DNA of 64,000 bases from Octopus sinensis (lineage: Eukaryota), in NCBI RefSeq assembly GCF_006345805.1, contig NC_043002.1, positions 77,624,001-77,688,000 of the forward strand, read 5' to 3'. Below, one piece after another: positions 12,581-24,415 of this stretch. The notes beneath the pieces were generated by a model. The model worked only from the letters and a program-made list of their open reading frames with translations. It searched no databases and had not been told where the DNA came from. The stretch's first letter is position 1. Every line of letters begins with the position of its first letter. Both the position numbers and the translations under genes were made by a program.

Positions 12581-13342
12581 ATATTTATTTATGTATATCA
12601 GTCTCCCACCCTTTCTCTCAGTCTATCCAGCTTGAGAAACCATGCAAAAACAAGACAGGTGTTGGAGCACGACACAGTCCTAACAGGCCAGTATGGAACA
12701 TAATGATAATGATGAGGAGGAGGATGAGGACATGATGTGTGTGCGTGCATGTGTGTGAGCGTAAAAAATAGTATAAACTAAAAGTGTGTTACAAGCTTAG
12801 TTTTGTTTGAAATCAAGTACATATATTCCTTTGATGCAACCAGTTAATGCCAAAAGTATACTGACAATAAAAAAAAAAATTGTGCTTCTAAAGTTACATA
12901 CTGGGTATCAAGTATTGTGTATCAGATATACATTGGGATAAGCATGAAAAAGACAAGATAGAACTATGATACATATACCAAATAAATGAGTTGGCAAGGT
13001 ACACATCTCCTTAAATATTACACACATTCGCACACCCACAAACTTAGATATGTGTGTTGTGTCTGTACGTGTGCATGTACATGTATGTTTACATACATAC
13101 ATACATACCATATTTACATGCATACATATTCTACTAGCTTGCTAGTGATGTAGCTGTGTGGTAAGAAATTTCCTTCTGAACCACTTCGTTCCAGGTTCAG
13201 TGCCACTGCGCCCCTGGGTAAGTATCTTCTGCTATAGCTTAGACTGGCCAATGCCTTGTGAGTGGATTTAAAAGACAGAAACCTAAAAAAGCCCATCATA
13301 TATATGTATAATATGTATGTATGTATGTATATGTGTGTGTGT

Positions 13343-13813
13343 TGGACAGCCACTTTTGAGAAATCTCGAGTTGCACATGAGAAAGTAAGGAGGGATGTCA
13401 GGAAGGGCATCGCTGTTACACTTCCAGATGGGAAGGGTCTTCCTTTGATGCTGACATGCAATGTCTGTGCAAGACCCTGCCTCAATAAAGCTGGACTCAA
13501 GAGTCATCTTCATAGTCATAAAGCGAGACAGATGAGTGACAACCTGGCCACTGGTGGTGGTGTAACACACCATACTAATCATATCTGTCGGGCATGTGGA
13601 AGAGAGTGTAATTTGGCAGGAGGACATGCAAAGGTACATGAAGCCCAGTTACAACTACAGCCGGCTATTACCGGTAAAGGTTTTAGTTGCTAATTCTATA
13701 CAAGACATTGTAGATCTTTAGCTGGGCTAAAAAGTCACATTCGATCACAGCACCAGTAACAGTTAAGCTTCGTGCAATGGCCATACTCGATAACGAGAGG
13801 GCAACCATAATAT
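13343..13813 (+). mobile_element. RTE-clade LINE 3' end encoding three tandem C2H2-type zinc fingers
   Basis: FEKSRVAHEKVRRDVRK (RTE pre-finger motif), then CNVCARPCLNKAGLKSHLHSH, CRACGRECNLAGGHAKVH and C*FYTRHCRSLAGLKSHIRSQH. A short 3' UTR ATGGCCATACTCGATAACGAGAGGGCAACC follows. The fragment is fused to the (TG)n of a SINE at about 13140-13340. Confidence 0.75.
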
Positions 13814-13816
13814 AAG

Positions 13817-13851
<35 letters not shown>

Positions 13852-13890
13852 GGGGAACAGATAAACACAGTTAGGCTTGATGCATATATA

Positions 13891-14391
13891 CAGGGTATCC
13901 CAGAATTAACTATCTATTTCAATGAAATCAGACAAATTTATGAATAAACTGACAGAATTTCATGTTTATTACTTTATTATGATACCAAAACGAACAGATT
14001 TATATATATTACATCAAAACTTTATTGAAAATTCTCAACCTGTGTTCCATCTGTATCCCTACAAAATTCAGATCCATACTTAGTATTGTGAAACACATTT
14101 TGAGGCATTTCTAGAGTTATCTCCTGCACTACTAACTGAATGTGCTCTTAAAGTTCAGCTAAACTATTGCTCTATCCTGGAGATGGTGGCAGAAAAAATG
14201 ATTGCAGCTAAAAAAAAAAAAAGCTGTCATAGACAGATAAGAGGAATCCAACATGAATGAACATAAAATTATAAACAAAATTTCAAATTTATGCACTTTT
14301 TACATGTATTAAACATGACAAACATAAATAAAAGTCAGTTTTCTAAATTATTGTCCAATTTCATTGAAATAGTTAATTCTAGGAAACCTTG
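13891..14391 (-). mobile_element. Internally deleted Tc1/mariner derivative (MITE-like)
   Basis: TA|CAGGGTATCCCAGAATTAACT ... AGTTAATTCTAGGAAACCTTG|TA. The minus strand keeps a transposase C-terminus (FCRDTDGTQVENFQ*). Confidence 0.8.
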
Positions 14392-14397
14392 TATATA

Positions 14398-14434
<37 letters not shown>

Positions 14435-14563
14435 CGGGAAGCTTTATGAAAATAGACAAAAGACGAAGGCAGGTTTACGGAAATAAACAAAAGACGAAGG
14501 CAGGTGGAATACAAACAAACAATTGTATTAGTATGGCGCTCAGGAAATATAAATAAAACAAGT

Positions 14564-14599
14564 CTTTAACGTTTCGAGCCTACGCTCTTCAACAGAAAG
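14564..14599 (-). ncRNA. Minimal type I hammerhead motif in a Penelope-like pLTR remnant (about 14425-14650)
   Basis: Minus strand CTTT-CTGTTGA-AGAGC gtag GCTC-GAAAC-GTT-AAAG. Helix I CTTT/AAAG, helix II GAGC/GCTC, palindromic AACGTT, GUU triplet, core variant A6U. Confidence 0.7.
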
Positions 14600-14689
14600 A
14601 TACACAGAGAAGAAACACAGAAAGAAGGAGGAGAAAATAAAATAAAACGAATGGGACAGTTTATGCGAACAAGTTCAAGGTTGAGAGTT

Positions 14690-14719
14690 CTAGCAGAGAT
14701 ACCCGGCATTGCCCGGGTA
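14690..14719 (-). mobile_element. Orphan Helitron-like 3' terminus
   Basis: Minus strand ACCCGGGCAATGCCGGGT hairpin followed by ATCTCTGCTAG, similar to the 3' end of the Helitron at 63337-63713. Confidence 0.5.
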
Positions 14720-14806
14720 TATACATACATGCATACATACATATATGCTTGACTACTAAATCTACAAGTTTTTCTTGATTCTCTCCCTGTTTATTTTCTC
14801 TTATTC

Positions 14807-14845
14807 CTTTCTGTTGAAGAGCATAGGCTTAAAATGTAAGAGACT
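14807..14845 (+). pseudogene. Decayed hammerhead motif in a second, diverged pLTR remnant (about 14745-14935)
   Basis: CTTT-CTGTTGA-AGAGC atag GCTT-AAAAT-GTAAGAG. This is the same family as 14564-14599, but CGAAAC has decayed to TAAAAT. Confidence 0.55.
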
Positions 14846-15029
14846 TTTTTTCATTTTCCGAAACGTCAAGCTAATACACTTGCTTGTTGTTCATACACCT
14901 ATCTTAGTCTTTTGTTTTCCTATAAATTTCAACTATATATATGTGTGTGTATGTACAGTAACACACTCACACATACCTATGCAAACCTATATACACACAC
15001 GCACACACACATGGACATATCTTATATGA

Positions 15030-15325
15030 ACTTCAAAACCACAAGTCGGTTGTAAATGATGCAGTAATTGACACTATCCAACAAAGACCTATCGTCACAC
15101 ATTTTTCTTGCTTCATGCAGAATTTAAGTAAGCTGTGCAAAAACACAAAGACAGTATAGTGAATGGGGGAGAGGCTTGGTCTGCAATATCTGTGGACATG
15201 TATGGTTACCAAGGGCTGGGTTCATTAGTCACCAGTGGAGCCACAAGTGTAAAGTGTAAATTTGTTTGAGCGTACAATGATCTTCATGGTCATTGATGGT
15301 ATTATTCAGTCACGAGTGGACAGCT
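15030..15325 (+). mobile_element. RTE-clade LINE 3' end with a single C2H2-type finger
   Basis: HAEFK*AVQK...LVCNICGHVWLPRAGFISHQWSHKCKV*, followed by a short 3' UTR (CAGTCACGAGTGGACAGCTATC). Confidence 0.65.
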
Positions 15326-16091
15326 ATCAAATTTGTAGACACACACACACACATATACACACTCACATACATAGAAACACACATATAAATATATTAACAT
15401 GGTTGAGAAGATATTGTGATATAGATATATTCTGTGTGTGCATATATACATGTATATGCTCGCATTTATTGTTCTCTCTCTCCCTCCCCATCTCTCTCCC
15501 TCCCCCTCTCCCTCTCTGTATATGTGCATTTAGATTTATAGATTATAAGAAAATATGTCTTACTGTTTGGACAACTATTTCTTTACTCATATTTAGATAA
15601 AGACATGAATACATGTGTAGAATACATATATAAATGAATGAACATCAGAGTGTGAATGTGTGTGTTTACATGTGTGTATGTGTGTGTATGTGTATGAGTA
15701 TGCGTGTATATGAATCTATAGATTTTATAAACATTCAAACACACATGTCCAAACAGACATATCCACTTTCTCATATAAACATAAATATAAATAAATATGC
15801 ATGGCTGTGTGGTATGAAGCTTGCTTCCCAACCACATGGTTCCAGGTTCAGTCCCACTGTGTGACACCTTCTACTGAAGCCTCAGGCCAACCAAAGCCTT
15901 GAGTGGATTTGGTAGACAGAAACTAAAAGAAGCTCGTCAAATATATATATATATATGTATGCATTTTTGCATACATACATATCAGTGTTGTTATGTTTAC
16001 GACCCTGTAACATAGCAGTTTGGCAAAAGAGACTAATAGAGTAAGTACTAGGCTTAAAAAGAAAATGAAGTACTAGGGTTAATTCATTCAG

Positions 16092-16275
16092 TTCTATATT
16101 TAAGAGATGAGGAATTATGTACATTATTTACATTTGACAGATATCTTGTTTGTTGTTAACACAACGTTTCGGCTGATATACCCTCCAGCCTTCATCAGGT
16201 GTCCTGGGGAAATTTCAAACCTGGGTTCTTATTCCTAAGGTATTTTTCAATGTCATTATTATTATTATTATTTTA

Positions 16276-16320
<45 letters not shown>

Positions 16321-16410
16321 TCACTGCCTGGAATCGAACTCGGAATCTTGAAGTTAGTAGCCCGCGCTCTTAACGACTACACCATATGCGTCAAATGTAA
16401 ATAATGTAAA
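16092..16410 (-). mobile_element. Composite tRNA-headed element: tRNA-like Pol III head + (AAT)n + Penelope-like pLTR tail with hammerhead
   Basis: Head at 16389-16317 with A-box TGGTGTAGTCG and B-box GAGTTCGATTCC. (AAT)n at about 16316-16255. HHR at 16202-16159. Perfect 19-bp inverted repeat at 16120-16138/16390-16408. Flanking 13-bp direct repeat TTAATTCATTCAG/TTAATCCATTCAG at 16079-16091 and 16411-16423. Confidence 0.75.
16159..16202 (-). ncRNA. Minimal type I hammerhead ribozyme with a canonical core
   Basis: Minus strand ACAC-CTGATGA-AGGCTG gagggtatat CAGCC-GAAAC-GTT-GTGT. Perfect CUGAUGA/GAAA core, helix II GGCTG/CAGCC, helix I ACAC/GTGT, GUU triplet. Confidence 0.85.
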
Positions 16411-17133
16411 TTAATCCATTCAGCTAAAAATTCTTCAGCACAGTACCCCAGCATGGCTAGAGTCTAATAACTAAAACAAGTGAAAGAAAAAGGTAAAGAT
16501 ATAGGATTTTTGTTTTTTTTCAATATGGGAATCCATCAAAGTAAAATAAAAATGAAAGGGATCTGTGGGCAAAAAATGGTTAAGAATCATTGATCTAGCA
16601 TAAAGCCACCTTTGGTTGACTGTGTTGTCTTGTGAGTTACTTAAGTGACCTCACTGGTGCCAATACCACTTAAAAGGCACCTAGTACTCTGTAAAGTGGC
16701 TGGCATTAGGAAGAACATCCAGATGTAGAAACCATTCCAAAGCAGATTTGGCACTGTCCTCTGGTTAACCAGCTCTTGTCAAACCATCCAATCCATGCCA
16801 GCATGGAAAACCAGATGTTAAATGATGGTGATGGTGTTCCTGGGGAACATACAATCTACCCGTCTCTTAATGAGAAAAACCTCTTGTTGCCTGCTGAGGT
16901 AAAATAGCTCCCAGAACTTTTTGCACCACTATTTTGTTCTTACTCTAGCTACTATGCTTCCAAAACACCCGGCCCTACTGCTAATTAGGTCATCTAGGTA
17001 ACAGAAGATATCTACTACTTCTAGGGAACCCTCAAACCATTTGTAAGAACTTATTTCATGTGTGTTTTGACTGCCAGCTTCTCCAACACATCTCCTTCAT
17101 ATATTTATTTTTACACCCAACCACCCACCCACC

Positions 17134-17193
<60 letters not shown>

Positions 17194-17458
17194 TGTAACT
17201 TTGTATTTATTTATGAATGCATATACACTCTTATATAGTTATATGGTATATTTATCTAAATATAAACACACCCGCAGTCCCACATACATGTATATACATA
17301 TTTATATTAATATATACTTGCGTGTACATACTCTGTTATACATTATACTTCTTTATGGTATAGCCATACAAATACACACACACACAAACACACATTCCTG
17401 CATAACCCATACCAGCATGGAAGGCAGACATTAAACGATGATGATGATGATGGTGATG

Positions 17459-17489
<31 letters not shown>

Positions 17490-17593
17490 CACACTCAAAC
17501 ATATACACACTCTGTTAAACATTATAGGTTCTTGTGATACAGTTATATAAACATATACATGTACAAATACACATGCATGTATATATATTTTTG

Positions 17594-17648
<55 letters not shown>

Positions 17649-18559
17649 ACACACATGTGCATATACATGTTCTGTTATACGTTATACATTCAGATATAAT
17701 TCTGTATTCATGCATGCATGCACATACTTTCTGATATATTTATATTATAAACACACACACACACGGGAATGCACACACACATATTCATGCACATATAGAC
17801 ACATATACATTCACATATCACTCTGCATTCCATACATGTACATACACATATACTCTTATATATTTATATTCATACAAGTACCCACCTACACAACACACAT
17901 ACCGACATATACACACACATTTCCATTCATATTCACATACATACACTCAGATACACACACACACTCATGCAGATATATATACATATATATATACATATAT
18001 ACATTTATGCTTTCACATATTTCACATTCATAAATATACATTTACATACAAATACACACTCACATTCACACACACACACGTACACATACACACACACATG
18101 CACAGATTACACATACATATCTGCAGTCACACATAATTTTACATTCACATATTGACATACATATGAACACACATAAATATACATCTTCATAGAATACACA
18201 CACACACACACATATGCACATACACAGATACACATAAATACACATACATATACATCTTATGCATTCATATATTTTTACATTCCTACAATGATACACACAC
18301 ACACACACAGATACATATATACACATACATATACATTTTATGTATTCATATATTTTTACATTCCTACACTGTTATACATACATGCACACACAAATATATA
18401 TTTTCATACAAGTAATCACACCACACACATACACACACACATAAACACACACAATCAGATAGTGATATCCATACATACACACTTTAGCATTCATCTACAC
18501 ACACATACAACACACACGCTCAAACATTCACATAATTTTACATTCACGCACTTACATAC

Positions 18560-19245
18560 ACATGCCCATACAAATACACATCTCCATAACATACACACAA
18601 ACACACACACTCAAATACGTTCACACACACACACACACATACACAAACACACTCAGATACATTCACACATACACACACAAACACACACACACTCAGATAC
18701 ATTCACACACATACACAAAAACACACACATGATCTCACACACACACTCAGATACTCTCACACACACATACACAAAAACACACACACGATCTCACACACAC
18801 ACACTCAGATACCTTCACACACACATACACACACAGACACACACATACACAAACACACACATACACAAACACACACACTCAAATACATTCACACACACAC
18901 ACACAAACACACATACAAACACACACAGAGACACAAACACACACACACACTCAAACACATTCACACACACACAAACACACATACAAACACACACACACAC
19001 AGACACAAACACACACACACACATACTCAGATACATTCACACACACATACACACACATACACAAACACACACACATACTCAGATACATTCACACACAAAC
19101 ACACACATGCATACTCAGATACATTCACACACACATACACACACATACACAACACACACACACTCAGATACATTCACACACAAACACACACACGCATACT
19201 CAGATACATTCACACACACACACATACACACACATACACAAAATG
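18560..19245. repeat. CA-rich minisatellite with a conserved CTCAGATACATTCAC core
   Basis: About 12 copies of the core separated by variable CA/ACAT runs (spacing about 35-75 bp). Confidence 0.85.
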
Positions 19246-19499
19246 TTCATAACCACCACCAACACACAACACAAATGTCTCAATGCTTCCTAATATATTT
19301 CATCACATTTTCTCCTTGTCTTATTCCACTAACTTCTTCCTCTTAACCATTCACCTCCTTCCTTCATTACATCTCACAATTTGTCTTTCTTTTTTGCCTT
19401 TTTTCCCCATCTTATTTTTTTTCTTCTTTATTTTAAAGACCCTCCTTATTTCATTCATTCATCCATCCATCCATTCATTCATTCATACTTGTTATTGTT

Positions 19500-19550
19500 A
19501 TCATCACCACCACCATCATCATCATCATCATCATCACCACCACCACCACC

Positions 19551-19584
<34 letters not shown>

Positions 19585-20915
19585 TCATCGTCATTATTTA
19601 TTTATTTATTCCTCTTTACATTTGCATTCTTAATTGACATCTTCACATTTTTTATTTTATTTTTATCTATTTCTTTTTCTTCTCAGGAATTAACCTTTGC
19701 CTTGTTTTTCTTTCTAACTCCTCCTCTCAACACACCACCCACCAACATAACCACCACCACCACCACCACCACCACAACCACAACCACCATAACCAACACC
19801 ACCACAATTATCACCACCATCACTACCACCACCACAACCAAACCCACCACCACCACCACCATCAACACTGCTACAACTATCATTATTACTACCTCAAAAA
19901 CAACAATAACAACAACACAGTCACTACCAATACCACCACCACCACCATCACCACCATCATCATCATCACTACCGCAGTCAGTACTTTTTCTACCACTACA
20001 ACTACCACTACTATCATAGTAAATAATTCTGCTGCAGCCATCACCATCACCACCACCACCACCACCACCACCACCACCATGATCACCACTGCCACCGCTA
20101 CCACCGCCACAATCACCACCACCACCAATAACAACAACACTATCATTGTCACTATCACCACAACATCACTACTTCGGCAATCACCACCACCAACACCACT
20201 ACAGTTATCACAACTACTGCCAAAACCACTGCAATCATTATAACAGCCACTATCACCACTACTGCAATGATCACTACCACCACTACCACCACCACCACTA
20301 ACATCACTACAACTATCACAATTACCACTTCTACTACTACCATGACAAGCACCCATCCCACCACTGCCACTGTAGCAGCCATGTTTACACCTCTACAACT
20401 ACCACCACTTATACTACAACCATCACCACAACTATTACCACAATCACCACTACCACTTTACTGCACTATAACTGCCACACCCCAGCCTGTAAACTGCTAC
20501 CACTGCAACCACTACCACTACCGTAATTGCTACAACGAATGCCAGTACCACATCTACCAATAGTACAACCACAACTGCTACAACAACCTTGACCACCATC
20601 ACAATCACCACTATTATGACCATTACAACAACTGCAGCCGCTAGATAAAATGACCACTACCACAACCACCACAACCATATTCACCACTATCACAATCACC
20701 ACTACCACAATCACTACCACAGCCACCATCTCCACAACCACTACTACTACTACACAACCACCACAGCAACTTCTACTACAAGTACTACACAACCACTACT
20801 GCCACAACCACCACACTACCATAACAACCAACACTACAACAACTACCACTTATTGTTGCCATAATCATAACCACCACAACTACTACCACCACCACCACAA
20901 TCACAACCACTACTA
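19500..20915. repeat. Long mosaic trinucleotide tract (CAC/CAT/CAA/TAC)
   Basis: Triplet-periodic sequence producing poly-T/H/P pseudo-ORFs. Similar tracts lie at 21830-22352, 47760-48520 and 51830-52492. Confidence 0.9.
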
Positions 20916-21360
20916 GAACTACATCTATAATTAGACTAAATACAACAGCCCAAACACTGCAATGAACAGTACCACTTCAGCCACTGTGGAGTCTCAATGT
21001 AGACACTAGAAAGAACAGCCAAATTTCCCTCAAATCATGATGATGGACATATAGGTTAATGTAGTCCCATATGTAATACCATTTGAAAATAAGATGGGAA
21101 GGTCATGGATTGGCAGGTAGGGTGCTGGAAGACCATTGACTATAGGCCTACTTAATTATGATTGATCTGGAGCTAAACAACAGCAACAACAACAATTGGG
21201 TACCTGAGCCAGTGAGGGAGGATCAAGCTGCTAGAAATAGCAGCCAAGTTTCTCTCAAATCAAACCATACAGTTTTAAACAAAGGACATGTTAGATAACA
21301 TAGTGCTAAGAAGGCAAGATGGTCATGGCTGAAATGCCTTTGATCATATAGATCTATTTG

Positions 21361-21818
21361 ATTAAGATTAACCTAAGTTTGTTAGATTAAGATTAGCCTA
21401 GGTCTACCAAACTAGGATTAACCTAGGTCAGCTAGATTAAGATGCGCCTAGATCTGCTAGATTAAGATTAACCAGTGCCTGCTAGATTAAGATTAACCTG
21501 GATTTGCTAGATTAAGATTAACCGGCCCTGTTAAATTAAGATTTACCTAGGTCTGCCAGATTAAGACTAACCTGGCTCTACTAGATTAAGATTAACCTAA
21601 GTCCTCTAGATTAAGATTAACTTAAGTCTGCTAGATTAAGATTAACCTGGGTTTACTTGATTAAGATTAACATGGATTTGCTAGATTAAGATTAACCTGG
21701 TTCTGCTAAATTAAGATTTACCTGGGTCTGTTAGGTTAAGACTAACCTAGGTCCACTAGATTAACTTAAGTCTGCTAGATTAAGATTAACCTAGATCTGC
21801 TAGATTAAGGTTGACCTG
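21361..21818. repeat. 25-bp minisatellite, about 18.5 copies
   Basis: Unit consensus ATTAAGATTAACCTAGGTCTGCTAG. One 24-bp unit and one 19-bp unit. It begins directly after GGTCATGGCTGAAATGCCTTTGATCATA of a dispersed repeat. Confidence 0.95.
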
Positions 21819-22304
21819 CACTGTTATCAATCTCACCAATAACAACAACAACAACACTATAACTGCCTGCACTATTACCAATTCCAACATCACCAAAACC
21901 ACCACCACTACCACAACAACACCACTACTACCTGTGCTAGTACCAATACTAGCACTACCACCACTACTCACAACAGCAAAACTGTTGTCTCTACTATTAC
22001 CGATTCCACCACTATTACTACTACTCCCACCACTACCAACCAACACTACTGCCTGTACTATTTGTAATACCAGCACCACTACCATCATCACCTCCAGCAA
22101 CACCAACAACAACAACCCCATTACTACCACTAATAACAACAACAACAACAGCAAAAACAACAGCAACAGCATCACTCAGTCTTTTATCCTCCCACTCAGC
22201 CCTCACCAATACCAACAACACCACCACCACCAACAACAAGATACTCAGTCTTCTATCCTCTCAGTCAGTCCCCTCCACCACCATCACCATCCACCACCAC
22301 CACC

Positions 22305-22350
<46 letters not shown>

Positions 22351-23259
22351 GTCTAACCTTTTCTTCCCTCCCCCCTCTCAACCACCACCGTCTCTGAATG
22401 AGAGACAAAAGCCTTTCAATGGCTTGTTTGTTTATTTGTTTTCACATTTATTTATTATTGTTTTGTTTATATGTTGTTGTTTATTTAATGCATTTTGTTT
22501 TTATAGTGTTTATATTGATATTGTTATTTGTAGTTATATTATGTTTTGTTTTATTTTTTTATCTTTTTATTTTTTTTAATGTTTTTTTCCCATTATTCGA
22601 TGTATTCTAACCTTCATATTTCTGCAAAATCGCATATCTGCACACCCCCACCACACACTTACAGACACACACAGATGCACATGCACACACACACACATAC
22701 ACACTCGTGCACACGCACACATACACACACACACTCACACACACACATGCATACACCTGCAAATGTGAACTAATACACACACACATACATACACACATTC
22801 ACACACACACCTGTAAATGCAAACACATGCAAACACACGTGCTCACATGCACCTGCACACAAAGACATGCAAACAGCTGCACACATGAACACTTGCGTAA
22901 ATACACACACCACACATGCACATGCACACACATTTGCACTCACATACAATTACATTCACTCATAGATTCATGCACATGTGCACAGATTCCCAAAACCAAC
23001 AGAATGCAAATAAATAAAAGAACATATATCCAATTACATACACATACATGTGCATTATCATGTAGTCACAATCAAAATGTGGCCAAAGAGTACCATGTAC
23101 CTATGCATAATCATACACTCAAGCAGCCAAGGAAACACCTCCACACATCTTCTTGCATATGCACATGCACAAATGCACACACATGTATACATATGAATGT
23201 ATACATGTGGGTATGTGTGAATGTATATGTATGTATTTGCATGTATGTGTGTGTATTTG

Positions 23260-23298
<39 letters not shown>

Positions 23299-23472
23299 AA
23301 TACACACACATACATGTATATATATACAAATATACACACATACATGTATTATATATATATATATATACCGGAGTAAACACATAAATGTGAAACTAGGCAG
23401 AAAAAAGAGTACTCAAATACCAGTGGTAGAGTAATATGCTTTATTTAAAGCAGCAGAAAATTCAACAAAACC

Positions 23473-23508
23473 TGTTACTCTGAGTTTCACGTTCCCGTTC
23501 GTCGGACA
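23473..23508 (-). ncRNA. Minimal type I hammerhead motif (left arm)
   Basis: Minus strand TGT-CCGACGA-ACG ggaa CGT-GAAAC-TCAGA-GTA-ACA. Helix II closed by a GNRA loop, GUA triplet, U4C core variant. Confidence 0.7.
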
Positions 23509-23521
23509 TTCTAGCAAAAAC

Positions 23522-23557
23522 TGTCCGATGAACGGGAACATGAAACTCAGAGTAACA
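23522..23557 (+). ncRNA. Minimal type I hammerhead motif (right arm)
   Basis: TGT-CCGATGA-ACG ggaa CAT-GAAAC-TCAGA-GTA-ACA. One helix II pair is lost by a CpG-type change. Confidence 0.62.
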
Positions 23558-23602
23558 GGTTTTGATGAATTTTCTGCTGCTTTAAATAAAGTATATATAC
23601 AT

Positions 23603-23643
<41 letters not shown>

Positions 23644-24337
23644 ATATATATATATATGCATATGCTATTATATGTTTTATTTCAAGATTTCTAGCTCATA
23701 AGGTCAGTTTCCTGAATTCTGTGATGTATGTATTCTCCCACTGGATGGGACACCAGTCCATTACAGGACTACTAATTCTTTTCCTGTTGAGTGGGCTGGA
23801 GTAACAGAGTAACATGAAATGAAGTATTTTGCTCAAGAGCACAACACATCACCCAGTCTAAGAATTCCTTGAATTCAGCTCCATCATTTAAGCTTAATTA
23901 AAATGTTGTTTGTTTTAAAATAAAAAAGTTAATTATACTTAAATCCAATTTTTCGCTTTATAATTTTTATATTTTACCTTATAACTTTTTTAATACAAAT
24001 TTTTGCTGTATGGGAACAAAACTATGAAATTCCTTATGTTTTCTTCTATCATTGAAGCTAAGATAAATATATTTTGCTTTTAAAATAAAAAAGTTATTCA
24101 GATCTAAACTTGATTGGTGGCGTCACTTACTCTCCTATAATGTAGCTATAAACTTTTTTTCTACTGGATCAATTCTCAATTTTTTATGCCAAAATGTAAC
24201 TAGGGACCAGTCCTCTTCAAAAGTGTTAACAGTTTTCAATTTGGTTAAGAACTGAATTAGCAACAAGCTCTGAAAGACACTGCGTGTGAGTAAATTGTGG
24301 CCTTAAGAATATTATTCAACTACTACTGTGGTTGAAT

Positions 24338-24415
<78 letters not shown>

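Larger units (their letters stand above)
23434..23596. repeat. Inverted repeat with 75-bp arms and a 13-nt spacer, each arm carrying a hammerhead motif
   Basis: Arms at 23434-23508 and 23522-23596 with 4 mismatches. Spacer TTCTAGCAAAAAC. Flanked by (TA)n. Confidence 0.95.

Noticed and set aside
13262-13693. Host C2H2 zinc-finger gene
   Set aside because: The ATG lies in a SINE, the RTE pre-finger motif and RTE-type 3' end are present, finger 2 has a deletion, finger 3 has a stop, and there are no TGEKP linkers.
16317-16389. Functional tRNA gene
   Set aside because: The acceptor stem does not close, the anticodon stem is broken, and it runs straight into (AAT)n with no terminator. It is a SINE-type head.
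21361-21818. CRISPR array
   Set aside because: The variable parts are about 12 bp and clearly homologous to each other, the total period is 25 bp, there are no cas genes, the context is eukaryotic, and the unit derives from an adjacent repeat.
24131-24269. 139-nt minus-strand exon with a good acceptor and gtaagt donor
   Set aside because: All three frames contain stops. One would open only if a homopolymer base were added, which I cannot justify.
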